A stretch of 64,000 bases of DNA, from contig JBPYFR010000175.1 in NCBI GenBank assembly GCA_051985685.1, positions 3,495 through 67,494 on the forward strand, read 5' to 3'. The notes under the pieces are model-generated. The model was not told where the DNA came from, did not search any database, and was given only the letters and a program-made list of their open reading frames with translations. This document shows, in pieces, positions 49,639 through 58,333 of this stretch (positions are counted from its first letter, which is position 1; each line of letters opens with the position of its first letter). The DNA comes from Acidimicrobiales bacterium. Lineage in GTDB: Bacteria; Actinomycetota; Acidimicrobiia; Acidimicrobiales; RAAP-2. Made by a program: the position numbers and the translations under genes.

Positions 49639-51134
49639 GAAGCGTCCCTCGGTTCGTCGTCCGGCACGAGGCGGGACTTCAGGACCTTGCCGCTCTCGTT
49701 GCGCGGGAGCGCGCCGACCACGCTGATGCGGCGCGGGACCTTGAAGTCCGCCAGACGCTCCAGGAGGAACGTGCGTAGGTCCTCGCTCGAGACGGGCTCA
49801 CTCAGCACGACCCACGCCGCCACGTCCTCGCCCAGGACCGGATGGGGAACACCCCGCACGGCCGCCTCAGTCACCAACGGGTGCTCGAAGAGGGCGGTCT
49901 CCACTTCGCCAGGCGCGATGTTGTGGCCACCCCGGATGATGACCTCCTTCTGGCGGCCGACCACCCACAGGTGGCCGTCCGCGTCGAGGCGGCCGAGGTC
50001 GCCGCTCAGAAGCCATCCGCGGTCCCATGTCGCCTTCGATGCCTCGGGATCGCGGTAGTACGAGCGCGGACGGCGCGATCCGCCAACAGCGATCTGCCCG
50101 ACCTCGCCCGGCGAGACCGGAGTGCCGTCACCGCCGAGGATGCGCACTTCGACACCGGGCAGGGGGAGACCCACCGACCCGAGGTGTCGGCTCCGGTCGC
50201 CCATCGGCATCGCGGTCACGGCACCGAATTCGGTCATGCCGTAGCCGCAGAGCACATCGGCGTCCGGCAGTCGCGCGGCGAACCGGCGCAGGGTGGCGGA
50301 CGCGACCGGGGCGCTCCCAATGTTGACGACGGCCAGACTCGAGAGGTCGGCGGTCGCGAGCTCGGGGGCGGCGACGATCAGTTCCACCATGGCCGGCACG
50401 AGGAAGGCAGCGACCGGACGCGCACGTTCGACCACTTGCAGCCAGCCGACGGCTGTGAACCGGGGAAGGAACCACCCACTCAACCCGCCGCGCAGGGGAC
50501 CACAGACCAGCAGGGAGCCGCTTGTGGTGGCGAATGGGGACGCAGTGAGAAATCCGAGCCCGAGCCATGCTGACGGCACACGATCGGTTGTGGACAGCCC
50601 GCTGTGGCTGACGATCACCCCCTTCGGCTCGCCCGTGGTCCCGGACGTGTACATGATGTCGGCGACGTCGTCCGGGGCGAGCGCCGGCGTCACGTCGGAG
50701 TCGTCGGCGTCGAGCAGGTCGCACCAACCGAATGACGCGTCGCTCGCCGTGCTCACGACTACAGGCGCCGTTGAGCGCGGCGTGTCGCCCGCGCCTCCAG
50801 CGCTGCAGATGAGCACAGAGGCTTCGGTGTGCCTCACGATCCGGTCAAGCTCGCCGCGCCCGATGCGGGCGTTGAGCGGCACGGCGATCGCGCCGGACTT
50901 GTGGATGCCCATGTACGAGACGAGCCACTCCAGCGGCTCGTCGGCGCCGATCACGATCGCCACCCGGTCGCCCTTGGTCACCTTCAGCTTGCGCAGGCCT
51001 CGGGCGAGGCGATTGGACCGCCGGTGCCACTGCTCCAGCGTCAGATCGTCGCCGTCGGCCATGTTCCGCCAAGCCACGCCCTCCGGATACGCACCGGCGA
51101 GGTGCGCCAGCAGTTCCGGCTGGAGCAACGTCAT
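49635..51134 (-). CDS. AMP-dependent acyl-CoA synthetase/ligase
   Basis: MYTSGTTGEPKGV (AMP motif), YGMTEFG, SGDLG, and the C-terminal GKVLKS lysine motif. Confidence 0.92.
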   Translation of the reverse strand: MTLLQPELLAHLAGAYPEGVAWRNMADGDDLTLEQWHRRSNRLARGLRKLKVTKGDRVAIVIGADEPLEWLVSYMGIHKSGAIAVPLNARIGRGELDRIVRHTEASVLICSAGGAGDTPRSTAPVVVSTASDASFGWCDLLDADDSDVTPALAPDDVADIMYTSGTTGEPKGVIVSHSGLSTTDRVPSAWLGLGFLTASPFATTSGSLLVCGPLRGGLSGWFLPRFTAVGWLQVVERARPVAAFLVPAMVELIVAAPELATADLSSLAVVNIGSAPVASATLRRFAARLPDADVLCGYGMTEFGAVTAMPMGDRSRHLGSVGLPLPGVEVRILGGDGTPVSPGEVGQIAVGGSRRPRSYYRDPEASKATWDRGWLLSGDLGRLDADGHLWVVGRQKEVIIRGGHNIAPGEVETALFEHPLVTEAAVRGVPHPVLGEDVAAWVVLSEPVSSEDLRTFLLERLADFKVPRRISVVGALPRNESGKVLKSRLVPDDEPRDAS

Positions 51135-51164
51135 GGGAGCGACGTCATCGGTCCGGGCGGTTCA

Positions 51165-52136
51165 TCAATACGGCGCACCGCCTTCGAGGATCATGCGCGG
51201 GTTCTGCACGAGCATCGTGGTCACGTCCGCCTCGCTGATGCCACGCATGCGCATGACGGGGAGGACTTCGTCGGAGATGTAGGTCCACCGCCACGTCTCT
51301 GAGGTGTCCATAACCGAGCGCGGGAACCAATCGGCGAAGCACATCGCGTCGTGTGAGAGGACGATGCGGTCGGCATAGCCGCGCGCGCACAACCGCGCCA
51401 CCGCGTCGACCCGAGCCTCCAGCGTGATGCCGGGAAGGCCGAAGTGGTCAAAGCCGAGGTAGGAGCCGTTCTCGAGGAGGGCCAGGTGGTAGTCGGTATT
51501 CACCGTGCCCCCGCTGTGCCCGATGACGACGCGGGTCAGGTCCACCCCCTCCTCCGCGAAGACTCGCTGTTGCTCGAGGCCCCAGGGCTCGGGGGGCGTC
51601 GGGGTGTGCGTGGTGATCGGCACGCCGGTCTGGCGGTGAGCCTTGGCCACCGCGCGCAAGACACGTTCTACACCGGGAGTGAGGCCCGGCCGGTCGGTCG
51701 CGCACTTCAGGATCCCCGGTCGCACGCCGGTATCGCCGATTCCTTCTCCTATCTCGCGCACGAACAGGTCGATCATCGGCTCCGACCCGCCGAGGATCGT
51801 CCCCGGTCCGCGGAAATGGAAGTACATCGGCACCTCGTTGTACGTATACACGCCGGTGGCAACGACAACGTTGATCTCGGGAACCTCGTCGGCGATCGCA
51901 GCGATGCGGGGGATGGAACGACCCAAACCCACGACGGTCAGGTCGACCAGTGTGTCGATGCCGCGTCGCTTGAGTTCGCGCAGCTTGTCCACCGCCCGCG
52001 TCCGCTCCGCGGTCTCGTCCCACTCGTCGGCCGTCTTCTCGATCTCGGGGCTGAGCACGAAGATGTGCTCGTGCATCAAGGTCGATCCCAGCCGGGCGCC
52101 GTCGACGGGACCTCGCACCGTATTGACCTGGGACAT
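51165..52136 (-). CDS. Phosphotriesterase-related (PTER/amidohydrolase) family protein
   Basis: LGSTLMHEHIF (HxH metal site), PITTHT, VVIGHSG, SHDAMC. 323 aa. Confidence 0.88.
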   Translation of the reverse strand: MSQVNTVRGPVDGARLGSTLMHEHIFVLSPEIEKTADEWDETAERTRAVDKLRELKRRGIDTLVDLTVVGLGRSIPRIAAIADEVPEINVVVATGVYTYNEVPMYFHFRGPGTILGGSEPMIDLFVREIGEGIGDTGVRPGILKCATDRPGLTPGVERVLRAVAKAHRQTGVPITTHTPTPPEPWGLEQQRVFAEEGVDLTRVVIGHSGGTVNTDYHLALLENGSYLGFDHFGLPGITLEARVDAVARLCARGYADRIVLSHDAMCFADWFPRSVMDTSETWRWTYISDEVLPVMRMRGISEADVTTMLVQNPRMILEGGAPY

Positions 52137-52313
52137 CCAATCCCCCTTGTTGCGCCCACCGGTGGCCGGCGCCGTGATCGTAGTGGGGCCGACTCCCGGC
52201 GGCTCGGGCCGTGTGGCTGCAAGGTCACAGCCCGCCCACAGCTGATTGTGCGACAGCCTCGATCTCCGGGTGCTGGGATATGCGCGTTCAGACAGCCGTA
52301 GTCTGCCTTCCGC

Positions 52314-52685
52314 ATGTCACCCACAAGCCGAGCGAACACGTCCCCAAGCAGAGACCGGGCCAAGGCCAGTCTCCATCGCCTCACCCGTGCCGCGATCCTG
52401 GGAGCCGCCGGCGGGGCCGCCGTGATCGGGATCGTCGTGGCGCGGGAGCACCCCGGGTCCTCGAGCACCTCAGGGGGTTCGGGGTCCGCGTCCCAGACAA
52501 ACGGCTCGGGAGCGTCGACGGGCGGCTCCACTTCGTCTTCGTCGTCCGGCGACACCGGAACGACCGGTAACACAGGAGAAAGCGGCACCACGGGCAGCAC
52601 CGGCAGTTCGCAGAACCAGGGCACGGGGGCGCCGACGGTGAGCCCCTCCAGCCCGAGCATCGTCTCGGGCGGCACCTCTCGGTGA
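52314..52685 (+). CDS. Membrane-anchored Ser/Gly/Thr-rich low-complexity protein (hypothetical), translationally coupled to apbE
   Basis: N-terminal anchor RAAILGAAGGAAVIGIVVA, followed by about 75 aa of S/G/T-rich sequence that includes SGAS and seven Gly-X-Y triplets. The stop overlaps the apbE GTG (GTGA). Third-position GC bias is consistent with coding. Confidence 0.6.
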   Translation: MSPTSRANTSPSRDRAKASLHRLTRAAILGAAGGAAVIGIVVAREHPGSSSTSGGSGSASQTNGSGASTGGSTSSSSSGDTGTTGNTGESGTTGSTGSSQNQGTGAPTVSPSSPSIVSGGTSR

Positions 52686-53629
52686 CCCCGGCCGCGACTC
52701 TGGCCTCCGCCTTGACGGCTCGCTCGTTCCGGGCCATCGGTACCACGGCCACGGTGCTGGTGGAGGATCCCTACGTCGCCGACCTGGCCGAGCACATGCT
52801 TGCGCGCGAGCTCGAGGCCCTCGACCTCGCCTGCAGCCGGTTCCGTCCCGACTCTGAGCTGCAGAGGCTGCACGAGCACGCGGGTGAAACGGTGGCCGTG
52901 GGCGCGCTCCTGTTCCAAGCGCTCGAAGTGGCCTGCGACGTCGCCGCCCGTACGGCCGGGGCAGTGGACCCGACGGTCGGCAACGCGCTCGCCACACTGG
53001 GTTACGACCGCGATTTCGACGAGGTGCTGGCCCGCCCGCCGGCGGCGCCGCGTGCGCTCGGACCTGTTGTCGGCTTCGCCCACGTGCACCTCAACCCGTC
53101 GGAACGCACGGTCCGCATCCCCCGGGGCGTCCGGCTCGACCTGGGGTCCACGGCCAAGGCGCTGGGCGCTGATCGGGCCGCGGCACGGATCGCCAGCGCC
53201 ATCGGTGCCGGTGCGCTGGTCAGCCTGGGCGGTGACATCGCCGTGGCCGGCCCACCGCCACGGGGCGGCTGGCCGGTCGGGATCGCACGCGAGTCCTCCG
53301 CGGCGCCGACCGAGGTCGAGCAAGTGGTCGCGATCCGTCACGGCGGCCTGGCCAGCTCGGCCGCGTCCGCTCGGACCTGGGCGGCCGGTTCCCGCACCGT
53401 TCACCACATCGTCGATCCCCGCACCGGCGACTGCGCGGAGACCCACTGGGTGCTCGTCTCCGCGACGGGCCGGACCTGTGTCGAGGCCAACCTCGTCACC
53501 ACAGCGGCCATGGTGTGGGGCGCCGCCGCCATGGAGCGACTTGCGGCCTTCGAGCAATCGGTGCGCCTCGTGCGCACCGGCGGACAGGTGTTCACGGTGA
53601 ACGGCTGGCCACTGGAGCATGCGGCGTGA
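52682..53629 (+). CDS. apbE: FAD:protein FMN transferase (ApbE family)
   Basis: FRAIGTTATVLV, SRFRPDSELQRLH, AVDPTVGNAL, DLGSTAKALGADRAA, LVSLGGDIAVAG, HHIVDPRTG. Confidence 0.9.
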   Translation: MTPAATLASALTARSFRAIGTTATVLVEDPYVADLAEHMLARELEALDLACSRFRPDSELQRLHEHAGETVAVGALLFQALEVACDVAARTAGAVDPTVGNALATLGYDRDFDEVLARPPAAPRALGPVVGFAHVHLNPSERTVRIPRGVRLDLGSTAKALGADRAAARIASAIGAGALVSLGGDIAVAGPPPRGGWPVGIARESSAAPTEVEQVVAIRHGGLASSAASARTWAAGSRTVHHIVDPRTGDCAETHWVLVSATGRTCVEANLVTTAAMVWGAAAMERLAAFEQSVRLVRTGGQVFTVNGWPLEHAA

Positions 53630-54270
53630 GCTCCACCGCGCTCTGGTACGCCACCCGTGCCAGCGGGCTGATGGCCTTGATCCTGCTGACCCTGACGATG
53701 GTGCTCGGCCTCGCCACCACCACGCGTACCCGCGCCCGCAACTGGCCGGGCTTCGCCCAGCAGGAATTCCACCGCCGCCTCTCCATGATCGCAGTGGTCT
53801 TCGTGGCGATCCACGTCCTGACCAGCGTGCTCGACACTTACGTCAACATCGGGTGGGCGGCCGTCGTGGTGCCGTTCGCCTCCTCCTACGGGAAGTTCTG
53901 GGTCGGGATCGGTGCCGTCTCTCTCGACCTCATGCTCGCGGTCTTCGTGTCCAGCCTGCTGCGCACCAGGATGAGCCCGGGCGCGTGGCGTGCCCTGCAC
54001 TGGCTCGCGTACCTCAGCTGGCCTATCGCGCTCGCGCACACGTTCGGGATGGGGACGGACGCGCGGGAGGGGTGGGTCATCCTGCTCGGGGTCGCTTGTG
54101 TCGCCTCGGTTGTGGCCGCACTCGCCTGGAGGTTGTACAGGACGGCCCGGCAGGCAGAGGCCCGGACGGCGGCCGCGCCTGCCCTTGCCGTCGATGGCGC
54201 GGACGGCGTGCCCAAGAAGCACTTGGTCCTGAGCCCGCGGGGGCAGAGGTGGTGGTCGAGCCGTGCCTAG
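53626..54270 (+). CDS. Ferric-reductase-type transmembrane domain protein (FRD/MsrQ/NOX superfamily), membrane domain only
   Basis: Part of ORF 53515..54270, with a GTG 53626 GTGA overlap. Two His pairs sit in adjacent helices: FHRRLSMIAVVFVAIH (13 intervening residues) and LHWLAYLSWPIALAH (12 intervening residues). Five to six TM segments and no cytoplasmic FAD/NAD domain. Confidence 0.8.
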   Translation: MSSTALWYATRASGLMALILLTLTMVLGLATTTRTRARNWPGFAQQEFHRRLSMIAVVFVAIHVLTSVLDTYVNIGWAAVVVPFASSYGKFWVGIGAVSLDLMLAVFVSSLLRTRMSPGAWRALHWLAYLSWPIALAHTFGMGTDAREGWVILLGVACVASVVAALAWRLYRTARQAEARTAAAPALAVDGADGVPKKHLVLSPRGQRWWSSRA

Positions 54271-55549
54271 CGCGAGCGAAGCGATCCCGACGACCACTCG
54301 CTACCGAATTTTGGGACACCCGACCGACCTGGCCGGCCACGTGGCCTCTCTGGGTTCCGTCCCGGTTCCGATCGGACGCGACCACGGTTGGCGTGGTGCA
54401 TTCGTGACGACCCTCGAGGCGTCGGGCCTGGCGGGCCGCGGTGGCGCCTCCTTTCCGGCATCCATCAAGCTCAACGTCGCCCGCGCCTCGAACGCGGGCG
54501 GCACCGTCGTGGTCAACGCCATGGAGGGAGAGCCGGCGAGCGACAAGGACAAGATCCTGCTCATCCGGTCACCGCATCTTGTGCTGGATGGTGCGCAGCT
54601 GCTCGCGGCGGCGTGCGGCGCCCGCCGGGTAGTGATCTGCGTGCCGGCCGGACGGGAGCAGGTCGCAGTCGCCGTCTGGACGGCCATTGCCGAGCGCGCC
54701 AACACCGCCCACTCGCCGGTGCGCGAGGTGTTGGTCCGCCCCCCGGATCGGTTCGTCGCCGGCGAGGAGTCGGCGCTCGTGCGGTGGGTCGACTCCGGGC
54801 AGTCCCTGCCTTCGTTCCGGCCTGACAAGAGCAAGGCGCTGCGCATCGGCCGGCGCGGCGCCCTCGTGCACAACGCTGAGACGCTGGCCCACATCGCCAT
54901 GATCGCCCGCACCGGAGCCGAGGCTTTTCGCGCCCGCGGCGTCGCCGAGGATCCGGGCACCTCGCTGATCACGATCTCCGGCGCGGTCGAGCAGCCGGGC
55001 GTCGTCGAGGTCGACCGGGGCACACCTCTTCTCGACATCGCCAACAGAGCCACACCAAGCGGCCCGCCGCGTGCGCTGCTGGTAGGTGGCTACGGCGGGT
55101 CCTGGGTGGGGCCCACTCACTTCACGACGCCCTACGGGTCGCTGTCGCTGCGAACCATCGGGGCGACCGCGGGGGTCGGCGTGGTCGTGGTGCTCGGCCA
55201 GGAGACCTGCGGTCTCATGGAAACGGCGCGCGTCGCGCGGTACCTGGCCGGTCAGAGCTCGGGCCAATGCGGTCCCTGCGTCTACGGGTTGCCGGCTCTC
55301 GCCGACGACATGGTGCGGCTCGCACGGGGCCGGGCCGACGGCGCCCTTCTCAAGAAGCTCGACCGCCGGCTCGACCAGGTCGGCGGCCGCGGCGCCTGCC
55401 GGCACCCCGACGGCGCCGTCGCGCTCGTGCGCAGCGCGCTCGGCGTGTTTGCCGCTGACGTGAACGCACACGCCCACGGCGCTCCCTGCGCGTACTGGAA
55501 CCGACCCTCCCAGCTGCGGTTCCCCGAACCCGTTCGCCGGGTGGCCTGA
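54263..55549 (+). CDS. NuoF-like NADH-binding FMN/[4Fe-4S] protein (complex I 51-kDa subunit family)
   Basis: GLAGRGGASFPASIKL, NAMEGEPASDKDK, VAGEESALVRW, SSGQCGPCVYG...GACRHPDG. The start overlaps the FRD gene by 8 nt. Confidence 0.88.
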   Translation: MPSASEAIPTTTRYRILGHPTDLAGHVASLGSVPVPIGRDHGWRGAFVTTLEASGLAGRGGASFPASIKLNVARASNAGGTVVVNAMEGEPASDKDKILLIRSPHLVLDGAQLLAAACGARRVVICVPAGREQVAVAVWTAIAERANTAHSPVREVLVRPPDRFVAGEESALVRWVDSGQSLPSFRPDKSKALRIGRRGALVHNAETLAHIAMIARTGAEAFRARGVAEDPGTSLITISGAVEQPGVVEVDRGTPLLDIANRATPSGPPRALLVGGYGGSWVGPTHFTTPYGSLSLRTIGATAGVGVVVVLGQETCGLMETARVARYLAGQSSGQCGPCVYGLPALADDMVRLARGRADGALLKKLDRRLDQVGGRGACRHPDGAVALVRSALGVFAADVNAHAHGAPCAYWNRPSQLRFPEPVRRVA

Positions 55550-55551
55550 CC

Positions 55552-55761
55552 ATGCTGCGCATCCTGATCGATCCGGTCGCATGTGACGCGTACGGTTACT
55601 GTGCCGAGCTGTTGCCCGAGGCCATCTCTCTCGACGAGTGGGGCTATCCGATCGTCGAGGGCAGGCCACTCCCGCCCGCGCTCGTGGACGCCGCCAAGCA
55701 GGCGGCGCGAGACTGCCCGCGCCGCGCCATCACACTGCGAGAGAGGAAGAACGCCAACTGA
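55552..55761 (+). CDS. Small ferredoxin (single-cluster type)
   Basis: MLRILIDPVACDAYGYCAELLPE...ARDCPRRAITL. 69 aa. Starts 2 nt after the NuoF-like stop. Confidence 0.8.
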   Translation: MLRILIDPVACDAYGYCAELLPEAISLDEWGYPIVEGRPLPPALVDAAKQAARDCPRRAITLRERKNAN

Positions 55762-55819
55762 CAACCGCGGGTCACAATGGACCCGTGCTCTCAGTGACTC
55801 GCCCGACTCGTCCGGCCTC

Positions 55820-56284
55820 ATGACGCGCACGGGCCTCGTGATCCGGCCCGCCAGAGAGGGGGATCTCCGCCGCGCCGCCGAGCTGATGGAGCTAGGGCGA
55901 GTGCCGGGCGCGCCGGCCCGGGAGACTCCTCGCGGCCTCGCCCCCTACAAACGAGCGTTGTGCGACATCGAGTCGGGGGACGGAGAGGTGCTGGTCGCCG
56001 AGCTCGGTGGCGAGGTGGTCGGCGTGTGTCAGTTGATCGTGTTTCGGCATCTGCAGGCGCGGGGAGGCCTCTGTGCCGAGATCGAGTCGCTCCACGTGCA
56101 CCCTGATCACCGGGGCCATGGCATCGGGACCGCGCTGATGCGGGACGCTCTGGAGCGTGCCCGTGCGCGCGGCTGTTACCGGGTCCAGCTCACCTCCAAC
56201 GCAGCGCGCCGTGACGCGCATCGGTTCTACGAGCGTCTCGGGTTCACGCCGACGCACGTGGGCTTCAAGCTGCCGCTCGAGTGA
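55820..56284 (+). CDS. GNAT-family N-acetyltransferase
   Basis: Part of ORF 55583..56284, starting at ATG 55820. IESLHVHPDHRGHGIGTALMRDALERARARGCYRVQLTSN...AHRFYERLGF. Confidence 0.85.
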   Translation: MTRTGLVIRPAREGDLRRAAELMELGRVPGAPARETPRGLAPYKRALCDIESGDGEVLVAELGGEVVGVCQLIVFRHLQARGGLCAEIESLHVHPDHRGHGIGTALMRDALERARARGCYRVQLTSNAARRDAHRFYERLGFTPTHVGFKLPLE

Positions 56285-56357
56285 GATCCACGGGCGGACA
56301 CGGGCCCAAGACCGCCCGCCGGCGCCGAGGCGTCGCGCCAGCTCCCGTGTAGGCACC

Positions 56358-56385
56358 TTGCCAAGCCGATGTAATTGTGTAATCT
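56358..56385 (+). promoter_or_regulatory. Predicted sigma-70-type promoter giving a leaderless transcript for the 56392 gene
   Basis: TTGCCA (56358-63), a 16-nt spacer, TAATCT (56380-85), and ATG 6 nt downstream with no SD. This is a local AT-rich island in a high-GC context. Confidence 0.45.
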
Positions 56386-56391
56386 AGTAAT

Positions 56392-57000
56392 ATGCAGCAG
56401 CGAAACGAGGACAACGAGACCTTCCGAACCCCTCACCGGGGCCGCCGGCGCTCTTCGGCACCGCCGCCCTCCGGCCCAGAGCAGGAGCGCCTCATCGGAG
56501 CGTGGTTCAGCGGCCGGGTGCCCGAAGGCTGGTTCGAGGGGTCCCCGTCGATCGAGATCGACGGGGACGAGATTCAGGTCGTCGGACGGCTCGCGCCGCC
56601 GGCACTGGCAGAGGGAGCTCCCCAGGACGAGGCCCGCGTCGCCGAGCAAGCACGTATCAGCGGGTTCCGGGAAGAGACGCGCGGCATGCGCATGCGGATC
56701 GCGGACGAGGCCCAGCCCGCCTTCCGCCGGACTATCTCCTGGGGTGCGGAGTGCGGTAGCTCCAAGGCCATGTTCACCACCGCCGGAGTGCCGGTGATGA
56801 CGCGTTTGCGCCTGGCGGACCGCCGGGTGCTCGACACGCTCATCGACGCCGGAGTCGCCCGAAGTCGGAGCGAGGCTCTCGCCTGGTGTGTCCGGCTGGT
56901 GGCGCAGCACGAGACCGAGTGGATCGAGGAGCTGCGCGACGCGATGTCCAAGGTCGAGGAGGTCCGCCGGCGCGGCCCCGGGGGTGGCGAGAAGGGATGA
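56392..57000 (+). CDS. Hypothetical protein with a C-terminal ribbon-helix-helix (CopG/Arc-like) segment
   Basis: VMTRLRLADRRVLDTLIDAGVARSRSEALAWCVRLV resembles an RHH strand-helix-helix. I do not recognise the N-terminal 140 aa. Confidence 0.6.
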   Translation: MQQRNEDNETFRTPHRGRRRSSAPPPSGPEQERLIGAWFSGRVPEGWFEGSPSIEIDGDEIQVVGRLAPPALAEGAPQDEARVAEQARISGFREETRGMRMRIADEAQPAFRRTISWGAECGSSKAMFTTAGVPVMTRLRLADRRVLDTLIDAGVARSRSEALAWCVRLVAQHETEWIEELRDAMSKVEEVRRRGPGGGEKG

Positions 57001-57084
57001 GCGGCGCCTGAGCCGACCGTCCTGCTCGGCCAGGGCTCCAACTTCTGTGCCCAGGCGTGGACTTCCGCGTGGCACCATGCGCCA

Positions 57085-57429
57085 ATGGAGCACTACCACC
57101 AGCTGCAAGAAGACCTACGTGGGCCCTACCGTGCGCTGCGCCAGGCGTTGCCCAACGTGATGTCCGCATACAGCGCGCTGTCGGGGGCCGCCATGGCCGA
57201 CGGCGCGCTCAGCGCGAAGACGAAGGAACTGATCGCGCTCGCGATCTCCATCACCCTCGAGTGTGACGGATGCGTGGCCGCTCACGCGCGAGCCCTGGCG
57301 CGACGGGAGGCGACCATGGAGGAAGTGGCCGAGATGATCGGCGTCGCGATCTCCATGAACGGCGGCCCCGGCACGGTGTGGGGTCCGCGCGCCCTGGCCG
57401 CCTTTCAGGAGTTCTCCGCGGCGGATTGA
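57085..57429 (+). CDS. Carboxymuconolactone decarboxylase / AhpD-core family protein
   Basis: KELIALAISITLECDGCVAAHARAL (CxxC), 114 aa. Confidence 0.85.
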   Translation: MEHYHQLQEDLRGPYRALRQALPNVMSAYSALSGAAMADGALSAKTKELIALAISITLECDGCVAAHARALARREATMEEVAEMIGVAISMNGGPGTVWGPRALAAFQEFSAAD

Positions 57430-58265
57430 CCCGCCGGCAGTGACACCGGCACGACCTCGGGTGGCGGGTCGTCCAGGTGCCGAGGCCAGAGCCGGCGGGC
57501 CAGCACGACGTTCGTCTCGCCGGCGTAGACGAACAGCTGCGAGCCGAGCGAGACCCAGAAGACCAGCCCGAGAACGATGCCGAAGAACCCGTAGAGCTGA
57601 TGTGCATGCTTCAGTGCGTGACCGACCAACAGGCCGCCCACGGTCTCGAGCACGGTCCATCCGATCCCACCGATGAGCATGCCGGGGATCAGCTGGCGCC
57701 ACCGGGTGCCCTCCGGCGCCAGGATGTGCAGCGCAACCAGGTAGGCGCCGAGGTTGATCGCGGCCGAGACGATCAGCGTGACGGTCCAGGACGCCGCTGG
57801 GTAGTCGCGCAGGCCGCCGCCCACGGCCGAGAGACCGGACAGGACTGCGCTGCCGATCACGGCGGCGGCGATCGTCGCGAGCAGAAGCAAGCCGCGTAGC
57901 ACGCGCTGGACGAGGTTCGCCTCCTTGCGCCGGGGCACGTCCCAAATAGTCGCACTGGCCTGTTGCAGGCCGTTGGTGATGCCCAACGAAGCCCAAAGCA
58001 GGCTGAGGAGACTGATCGTGAACGCGAGCGGCGCGGCCCCCGAAATTGAATTGATGCTCCCCGACAGGTCGTGTCCGATCACCGGGAACTCCGAGAGCGC
58101 CGAGTTCACGACGCGGTGCTCTGCCGCCGGGTTCGACGCGAGGACGATTCCGGTGATCGTCACAAACAGGAGGAGCAATGGGAAGACCGCCAGGAAGCCG
58201 TAGAAGGCGACCAGGGCCGACATCGATCCGCCCCGGTCGTCGCCGTACTTCTTCAGCACCGCCAC
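57405..58265 (-). CDS. YihY/BrkB-family inner-membrane protein
   Basis: SALVAFYGFLAVFPLLLLFVT plus six TM segments. The upstream in-frame sequence also looks homologous (see the finding), so the true start may be near 58331. Confidence 0.8.
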   Translation of the reverse strand: MAVLKKYGDDRGGSMSALVAFYGFLAVFPLLLLFVTITGIVLASNPAAEHRVVNSALSEFPVIGHDLSGSINSISGAAPLAFTISLLSLLWASLGITNGLQQASATIWDVPRRKEANLVQRVLRGLLLLATIAAAVIGSAVLSGLSAVGGGLRDYPAASWTVTLIVSAAINLGAYLVALHILAPEGTRWRQLIPGMLIGGIGWTVLETVGGLLVGHALKHAHQLYGFFGIVLGLVFWVSLGSQLFVYAGETNVVLARRLWPRHLDDPPPEVVPVSLPAGQSAAENS

Positions 58266-58333
58266 CGGTACCGCCGTGAGTGTCTGCCGCCGCTGCCACT
58301 GGTCGAGCCGGCGGAAGAACCGGCGCCAGAGGT

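Noticed and set aside
56392-57000. Reading the RHH-containing protein as an antitoxin of a toxin-antitoxin pair.
   Set aside because: There is no small adjacent toxin-like ORF. The neighbours are a GNAT 107 nt upstream and an AhpD-like gene 84 nt downstream, neither of them overlapping. At 202 aa the protein is much larger than typical RHH antitoxins.
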